Shown: positions 58,240-64,000 of the stretch, one piece after another | Position numbering within the stretch: the first letter of the stretch is position 1 | Layout: every line of letters begins with the position of its first letter | Origin: an uncultured Bdellovibrio sp. | GTDB lineage: Bacteria > Bdellovibrionota > Bdellovibrionia > Bdellovibrionales > Bdellovibrionaceae | Direction of reading: 5' to 3' | DNA length: 64,000 nucleotides | NCBI GenBank assembly: GCA_963932905.1 | Contig: CAWVRN010000024.1 | Location: 8,113-72,112 of the forward strand | The notes under the pieces: model-generated | What the model was told of the DNA's origin: nothing | The model's database searches: none | What the model saw: the letters and a program-made list of their open reading frames with translations, nothing else | Program-made: the position numbers and the translations under genes

Positions 58240-58801
58240 AGTTAGCTTTTGCTTGTTGTCTTGATTTCATTTCTGTTTTGCAGATTTGTACTTTTTCTTC
58301 GTACTCATCTTCGCGAGTCATTAGAACCTTTTTATAACCTCTAAAACGTTCTAAACGGTCTTTTAGGAATTCTTCGCTAACACCGACTAGTTTATCCTTT
58401 TCGTCTAAACCGATTTTAAAGTCATCTTCCTTGTCGGTGATGCGATCCATTGGTTCAGTCCATTTTAATTTGCCGTCGCCCCCGTTTTTAGGCTCTGAAA
58501 GGTCGGCTTTGCATTGTCTTAAGACGCCGTATAGGCCAAGGGAGCCATATTTGCGATTGCCGTAAACGCGGTCTTCAAGTTCGTAAACTTCAATTTGAAG
58601 GCGACGTAACTCTTCGTTCATTTGGACTTTCTTTTGAACTACAAGGTTGCCATCTTTCACGCCGACTGCGGTGTCGCCGCTGACTTGGCCGTGATTTTTG
58701 ATTTCAGTGTCGATTTTTTCTGCTTTGTTAGGATTAGTTTTACATTGAGTTAAAAGAACTAAAGCTATGCCGGCAGTGAATAGTTGAACTAACGTTTTCA
58801 T
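58238..58801 (-). CDS. Putative lipoprotein with coiled-coil segments
   Basis: AGGAG RBS; hydrophobic leader ending LTQC. Confidence 0.78.
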   Translation of the reverse strand: MKTLVQLFTAGIALVLLTQCKTNPNKAEKIDTEIKNHGQVSGDTAVGVKDGNLVVQKKVQMNEELRRLQIEVYELEDRVYGNRKYGSLGLYGVLRQCKADLSEPKNGGDGKLKWTEPMDRITDKEDDFKIGLDEKDKLVGVSEEFLKDRLERFRGYKKVLMTREDEYEEKVQICKTEMKSRQQAKAN

Positions 58802-58927
58802 ACAATCTCCTTAGTGGATTGATGTTGTTACCCTGTTAAGATTACAGTGCGTAAATACAAGGTCAATAGAATCTCCTTGTACGTTTTTTTAAACGGGATT
58901 ACACCTGAACCAACGACGGAGTTTCTT

Positions 58928-59383
58928 ATGTTTAGAACATTACGAATCCTTTTTTGTATCTTTTTAACATCGTCTTTTAACTCAGCGTGGGCGGACTTTT
59001 GTTTCGATAATACGAATCAGAACGGCGTTATGGCCAAACAAATCTGTTTCAAAGAAATACACATTTTAAAAGCGGGCACACCGGATCATAAGTTGTATTT
59101 AAAGAGCAGTGATATTGACGAGATTTATCCGATAAAGAAAATCGAAACCGCTAATGGTGGTTATGTATTGAATGCTTTGGGTGATTATATCAATTATTCT
59201 GAGAACTGTGGCCTAACGGTGTTGAGCCAGTTTGATTTTCGCTTCTTCGTGGATTCTTCCTATCAGTATGTTCACGATAGAAATACTTCGTTGAGTATTA
59301 AGTATAAATACACTCCCAACAGTTGCACTGTGAAAGAGAAAGCGGGAACTGAAAAGTTCACGGCTAAGAATCCAGTTAACTAG
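58928..59383 (+). CDS. Exported hypothetical protein
   Basis: GGAG before ATG 58928, signal peptide ending AWA, four Cys in the mature part. Confidence 0.72.
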   Translation: MFRTLRILFCIFLTSSFNSAWADFCFDNTNQNGVMAKQICFKEIHILKAGTPDHKLYLKSSDIDEIYPIKKIETANGGYVLNALGDYINYSENCGLTVLSQFDFRFFVDSSYQYVHDRNTSLSIKYKYTPNSCTVKEKAGTEKFTAKNPVN

Positions 59384-59598
59384 TCGGGGATCTTTTCCGT
59401 TGTCGGAAGCCGTTCGACGTTTGAAGGAACAGTAATCTCAGTCATAAGATTAAACGATATAAATAAGCGAAACTTATAGCGAACCATACAACCACTCGAG
59501 AGACAAACCAGCACCAAAGTCTAGTGATTTCAAACGCTTAGCTAGACTACAAACGACACCAATTACATAAACCATTGAATTCACAGTGTAAAACAAGT

Positions 59599-59614
59599 TG
59601 GCAAGTGTCTTGCT
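59599..59614 (+). promoter_or_regulatory. Putative sigma54 promoter with no downstream CDS
   Basis: TGGCAAGTGTCTTGCT, near-consensus; IHF-like motifs upstream around 59527-59580. Confidence 0.7.
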
Positions 59615-59624
59615 TTATACATAT

Positions 59625-59740
59625 AGCAAGACCCGCCAGCAACTCTAAGCCACGATCGTGGCGCTCTAAAGAGATGTGCGAAATACCTACCTAATGAATC
59701 CAATCTTAAACTGGAAGAGGAGAAAAACTCCTCTCACCCA
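59625..59740 (+). ncRNA. Candidate sigma54-dependent small RNA
   Basis: Starts about 12 nt after the -12 GC; GCCACGATCGTGGC palindrome, C-rich single-stranded region, terminal GAGGAG-aaaaa-CTCCTC hairpin. Confidence 0.4.
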
Positions 59741-59756
59741 GGCTCGTCTTGCGAAC

Positions 59757-59907
59757 GGACCGTTGAAAAGGCACCAGCTGACTTCGTTGGCCACCCAAAA
59801 ATTTTCCTCCAACGTAGTTGAACCGAAGGTTCACCTTCGGTGAAGCCGCTACGCCTCCGGCAAATTTTCGGGCGTCCGCCTCGCATCTGATACCTTTTGA
59901 ACGGTCC
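59757..59907. mobile_element. 151-bp MITE-like long imperfect palindrome
   Basis: Termini GGACCGTTGAAAAGG / CCTTTTGAACGGTCC match at 14 of 15; inner AAAATTT, CGTAG/CTACG and ACCGAAGG/CCTTCGGT pairings; no credible ORF. Confidence 0.6.
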
Positions 59908-60120
59908 TGTGTCGGGGTTGTCTTGAAGCGTTTTTGGTAAAACCTAGGGTGTACACAATTGAGACAGGTAAAGATTTGTGAAATTAAGTGCTTAGGCGAT
60001 TTTGTTTGGATTTTGAATAGAAATCTCAGAAACGAACGTTTTTAGAGGGGTTTTGTGAATCGTGGAAAATGTTCCATAGTTTCGATTGGTTACCCCCTGT
60101 TTTTGGGGAGTGTCCCAAAG

Positions 60121-60136
60121 TGGTATTTCGATTGCG
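60121..60136 (+). promoter_or_regulatory. Putative sigma54 promoter for the metalloprotease
   Basis: TGGTATTTCGATTGCG, GG-N10-GC; ATG about 5 nt after the predicted +1. Confidence 0.6.
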
Positions 60137-60151
60137 ATAGTCTTTATTCGA

Positions 60152-60781
60152 ATGAGAAATTGGTTTCACTCTGTATATGTAGTGCTTGTTTGTGTTGTTT
60201 TGCTTTTCTTTGTTCAAGCCTGTGCGCCTAAGTCGCAGGAAGAATGTGGATTTGTTCAGAACGTCTATGGCGAGCGTATTTCATGGAAAGGCAATCTGCC
60301 TGTCGTAATGAAGTTACATGAGTCTGTGCCGGCCGAATACTACGATGCGATTATTCACGCGGCTGATGTGTGGAACAAGGCCTATGGCAAAACTCTGATC
60401 ACTATTAACAAGAATGATATCGTTAAAGGTCCGACGGTATCGATGAAAGATACCGACAACGTGATTTACTTCTATCCCAACTGGGAAGCGAATAAAACGA
60501 CCGAGCAAGCTCGCACCAGTGTTTACTGGTTAGGGGATGCGATTAAAGAAGCCGATATCCGCATCAATGCTAAAGACTTTCAATATTACGATTTAGCTCT
60601 GAATAACAAAGGTCCCTCAAAAATTAACATCCAAGCCCTTGTGATCCATGAAATGGGCCACGTATTGGGTTTAAAACATAAAGACACCGACTCCAGCGTA
60701 ATGGCCACCTACCTTGCCAGCCAAAGTGATCGGGTAGAAATTGCACAAACTGACAAGAAATCACTGACTTGTGAATATTAG
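60152..60781 (+). CDS. Matrixin-like (metzincin) lipoprotein metalloprotease
   Basis: Lipobox VQAC, HEMGHVLGLKH zinc motif, SVM Met-turn; start set to ATG 60152. Confidence 0.92.
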   Translation: MRNWFHSVYVVLVCVVLLFFVQACAPKSQEECGFVQNVYGERISWKGNLPVVMKLHESVPAEYYDAIIHAADVWNKAYGKTLITINKNDIVKGPTVSMKDTDNVIYFYPNWEANKTTEQARTSVYWLGDAIKEADIRINAKDFQYYDLALNNKGPSKINIQALVIHEMGHVLGLKHKDTDSSVMATYLASQSDRVEIAQTDKKSLTCEY

Positions 60782-60933
60782 ATTTTTTAGAAAAGGAAAA
60801 CTCGAAAGTTTTTTAAAATTTCTATTGAGAATTGCTGAAATTTTGAGCTAGACTAGACTAGTTGTCCTTAGCGAACGCTCGTCTAGCGATGAAAGAAGAA
60901 CGTAAACAACAAATCAAGACCAACGAGGTATGC

Positions 60934-61194
60934 ATGAAAACTGATCTACGCTTATTGAACGTAACAGAGACTTCGAATGAATCATTAGTTGGACTTTCCG
61001 ATAGCATTTTATCAAACGAATATAGTAACGCTGGTGTTGCTAAGAATTTGGTGTACAACGAAATGTCTGATTTCCCAGTGAGTTCCCGCACTGAGCTTGA
61101 TATCCTTCAAGAAAACACGATGGTATTAAAAGATCTAAGCGATCGTTTGTCGTTCCTATCAAAAGAAATTAAATACCTAATGAACTTAAAATAG
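60934..61194 (+). CDS. Small hypothetical protein with C-terminal coiled coil
   Basis: GAGG RBS before ATG 60934. Confidence 0.7.
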   Translation: MKTDLRLLNVTETSNESLVGLSDSILSNEYSNAGVAKNLVYNEMSDFPVSSRTELDILQENTMVLKDLSDRLSFLSKEIKYLMNLK

Positions 61195-61204
61195 TTCTCA
61201 GATT

Positions 61205-61231
61205 TAAAGAATAAAATCAAAATACCGAAGT
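61205..61231 (+). promoter_or_regulatory. Possible sigma28 promoter
   Basis: TAAA-N15-ACCGAAGT. Confidence 0.4.
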
Positions 61232-61238
61232 GGAAAAT

Positions 61239-61550
61239 ATGCTTCGGTATTTTTTTATCTTTTTGCTAGTGAGCTGCATTTCCTCTGCGGAATACCGCGT
61301 GTTCGAGCTAGAAATTACAAGCTACGCACAAGAGTCGGCACCAGCCCCCGAAGAAATCGGTAAACGAGTCGTGCTCTCAACCCTCGACCCTGAACAATAT
61401 CGCGGCTATCACACGGTCCAACCCAACGAGAAAGTTCGCTACATCAGCACCTGGCGCTGCAAAGGCAGAACGACTGGTAAGGACTATTGTCCTAATCCTA
61501 AAGCCAAGACTGAGCCTGAAGTTGCATCTGCGCCTTCTGAAAATAAGTAA
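61239..61550 (+). CDS. Small exported hypothetical protein
   Basis: Signal peptide; STLDPEQY.GY and TWRCKGRT...C motifs; start 61239 or 61230. Confidence 0.72.
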   Translation: MLRYFFIFLLVSCISSAEYRVFELEITSYAQESAPAPEEIGKRVVLSTLDPEQYRGYHTVQPNEKVRYISTWRCKGRTTGKDYCPNPKAKTEPEVASAPSENK

Positions 61551-61569
61551 GCTCTGATACTATGGGAGC

Positions 61570-62859
61570 ATGGCTGTTGATCCCGCAAAAGAAAGAAATC
61601 GTTACAATGCTTCGCTTTCCGATATTCAAAATGAATATCAGGAGAAAAAGCGTAAGCTGGTAGATTCAAAAGAAAAAGAAATCGGTCAGCTGCAAGATTA
61701 CTATCAGGGTAAAAAAGAAAACATCGTTGAAACTCAAGCGGCAGCTATTAACCATATCGAAAAATCTCAGCAAAAAACGATGGAGCGCGCGCAAGAGCAA
61801 CGGCAAAAGGTAGTCAGCAAAAGTCAGAATGAACTGAAAGAGCTAGAGTCTAGCTACAGCAAGAAAACCAGCGATGCTCAGCGCCTGCGCAATGAAAAAT
61901 TTGAAGCTGCTAACAACTCGTACAAAGAAAAACTGAGCGAGCAAGAGTTAAAACAGCAAGAACGTGTCGAACGAACGAAATCGAAATCGAATGAAGAATA
62001 TCAGAAGATGACCCAAAAGTATCGTGATCAGGTCAAGAAAACACAGATGCGCCAAGAAGCAAATCTGAATTCAATTCGCTCAAATAACGATGACGTAATT
62101 AAAGGCGAGAAAGCGCGTGGTAAAGCCGCAGAAGACGAGCTGCGCGAGGACATCGCGAAACGGTACGAACGTGTCGACAAAATGGGTGACGAGAAAATTA
62201 ATAAAAAGCAAACCCAGATTGAAACGAAAGAAAAAAAATTAGACGAGGAATATAAAAAAGATCTTGCTAAATTAAAAGGCAACTATGACAAGCGTGAGCA
62301 GCGATTGCAAGACGAATATAATCAACGCTACATGGAAAAGAAACAGGCAAACGAAGATAGCATGCGCAGTCAAAAACGCGGCTTTGATTCCATTTACCAA
62401 AAAAACGAGACAAACAACAAAGTGTCGTTGCAGATTCAAGCGCGTAACTACGCAAAAGAGTTGGCTCAGCAGCATCGCGATTTTTTGACTCAGTCTTCGA
62501 AATACGCCGGTAAGGAAGATGATCCATTTTACAAAGTTCAAGATCGCGGGAGTGAGTTAGACGAGAATCAACATTTCTACGTATTAAAAGCCTACGTTCC
62601 GGAACATGAAAAAGAAAATGTTAGTGTTGTGATTCAAAAAGATCGCGCGTCGATTTCAACTCAGAGGCAGTTCAACGAAGAATTAAAAGACGAAAGCGGC
62701 AAAAAAGTTGCGACTCACTCGGCTCAAACCCTACGAGAAGAATTTCCGTTTGAAACCCCTATCATTACAGAAGGGGTCGCACGCGAACGCAGTGGGGATT
62801 ACGTTTTTGTCACCATCCCAAAGCTTCAGTCTTTTAAAAACTGGGGCGCCAAAGGTTAG
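61570..62859 (+). CDS. Long coiled-coil protein with C-terminal Hsp20/alpha-crystallin-like domain
   Basis: About 320 aa of E/K/Q-rich helix, then ENQHFYVLKAYVP...VSVVI...EEFPF...VFVTIPK. Confidence 0.75.
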   Translation: MAVDPAKERNRYNASLSDIQNEYQEKKRKLVDSKEKEIGQLQDYYQGKKENIVETQAAAINHIEKSQQKTMERAQEQRQKVVSKSQNELKELESSYSKKTSDAQRLRNEKFEAANNSYKEKLSEQELKQQERVERTKSKSNEEYQKMTQKYRDQVKKTQMRQEANLNSIRSNNDDVIKGEKARGKAAEDELREDIAKRYERVDKMGDEKINKKQTQIETKEKKLDEEYKKDLAKLKGNYDKREQRLQDEYNQRYMEKKQANEDSMRSQKRGFDSIYQKNETNNKVSLQIQARNYAKELAQQHRDFLTQSSKYAGKEDDPFYKVQDRGSELDENQHFYVLKAYVPEHEKENVSVVIQKDRASISTQRQFNEELKDESGKKVATHSAQTLREEFPFETPIITEGVARERSGDYVFVTIPKLQSFKNWGAKG

Positions 62860-63307
62860 TGGTTAATATAGAATTTGGGAATTAAGAAATATCATTTGGT
62901 TTTCCTAGTCGAAGTATTCAATACCTGAGGCAGATACTAGAATCTCTTTTAAATTTTACAAACTTAGATTTTATCTGGAGGAAGTGCCTCATTTCGTGGA
63001 TCATATGCTGCCGCAAGTGAATATGTGCCTGTGGGTTTATCATTTCGGTATAAGTTGCGATGTTGGTACACTCTGAAGCGTTGAATCAGAATCAATCTAT
63101 ATAGGTACAAATTTAGAGATTTTGCTCGCTAGCATTAATTTCTAATCAAAACAGCATTCGCGCAAATTTGAATCACTACGATTTATAAATCACTAAACTT
63201 TATACTTTCGAAACGTTCTGAATTGAGAATATCAAAACAATTAAATTTGTCCTTTAGCAGTTCAAAACCTGACCGAACAAATAACACTTGAATGTAAGAG
63301 GTGCAAG

Positions 63308-64000
63308 ATGGGGAATATCGGGTTCATTAAACCTAGCTTTTCATTGAAGCCGTTCTTGATCTTAATACTAGGCTCTGCTCTGTTGTACAGTGCCGCAGTA
63401 AACCACACGACATTCTTTGGACCCTCACTATATAGCCCTGGGTTTAGCGGTTCAAAAACCTACAAAGTGAATTTCAATTCTCCGGTGGCAAGCGCAACAC
63501 AAATCAATGCCTTACTTTCAATTAAGAATGGCGACGGCGGTGACATTGTTTTTGATTCCTGCGGCCGACTGCAAATAGCCTGTTTACTGAAAAACCTAAT
63601 AAAGCAAGGTGAGATTTTACTATTTAGACCGTCAGCAGTTACCGTTTCCACAAATAACGCAGTTATATTTTCTAAGAGCGACTATAGCGCGAAAAAAGGA
63701 ATGTTCGAGAAATCCTTCGTCGCTAATAAAATTAACGTAATGGAAGTTAAGGTTCAGGGATCTTTCCTCTCTAGTGTTAAGTTATCGGCTAAGGCGTCGA
63801 GTGCGAACTTGCCTCCGCTTGCTGATTTTACTTATTCGGCAACAGATTATATTGCACCAGCTACGGTGAATTTTTCGGGATTGCTAAGTCGGGATCAGGA
63901 TTCTGGGTATCAGGACTTGCTAGTGTAACTGGAAGCGCTAAAGTATTTAGACAAGCGCAAGTTAAAGGTAATTCAAAGATTAACAAAGACACACAAGTAG
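63308..64000 (+). pseudogene. Exported protein broken within a PKD domain; hexapeptide-repeat coding continues out of frame
   Basis: GAGG RBS, signal anchor, NLPPLADF..APATVNFSG..S.DQD PKD start, stop at 63928; the -1 frame from about 63901 reads VSGLAS VTGSAK VFRQAQ VKGNSK INKDTQ to the window edge. Confidence 0.55.

Noticed and set aside
59694..59843. About 49-codon ORF MNPILNWKRR... after the sigma54-like promoter
   Set aside because: No SD, and it runs into the palindromic element; probably chance.
62860..63300. 440-bp AT-rich intergenic region
   Set aside because: No ORF, repeat or structure I could support; only a weak sigma28-like TTTA-N15-ACCGAACA near 63253-63279.
1126..63651. Many 60-160 aa ORFs nested in or antisense to well-supported genes (e.g. 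4275..4712, 39185..39676, 41815..42207)
   Set aside because: No motifs or RBS; consistent with shadow frames.
1..64000. CRISPR arrays, tRNA/rRNA genes, prophage, integrase/transposase or defence systems
   Set aside because: No regularly spaced repeats, cloverleafs or matching protein motifs were recognised by eye.

Overview
This is a gene-dense, roughly 40% GC (estimated by eye) chromosomal segment. Gene content and style point to a predatory Bdellovibrionota bacterium (Bdellovibrio/Pseudobdellovibrio-like); the taxonomy is inferred, not measured. Core loci: efp, a TPR-tamB-tamA/bamA operon, ruvCAB-lpxC, ald, comEC divergent from a CpoB-like TPR-LysM-dprA unit, lptF, trxA-pyrF, an LPS core cluster (three GT9 glycosyltransferases and waaA), putA and hslO. 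There are also rRNA-modifying enzymes, an ABC-F ATPase, an MCP and five protease genes (S1 with FHA, S8, S41, M10-like, rhomboid). I recognised no rRNA, tRNA, CRISPR array, integrase or transposase. Best candidates for something new: (1) a putative sigma54-driven operon inside the LPS cluster encoding a beta-barrel and a 1085-aa lipoprotein with a pore-forming-toxin-like Ser/Thr beta-hairpin; (2) a ~67-nt intergenic RNA with two ANGGAN hexaloops resembling a CsrA/RsmA sponge; (3) two non-coding transcripts or leaders behind sigma54-like promoters; (4) an RluA-RlmK-like fusion with a separate RlmL-like gene; (5) a recurring R-x-x-A-S motif in exported proteins; (6) an out-of-frame PKD/hexapeptide junction at the window end. 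All family calls come from motif recognition by eye; no database searches were run.
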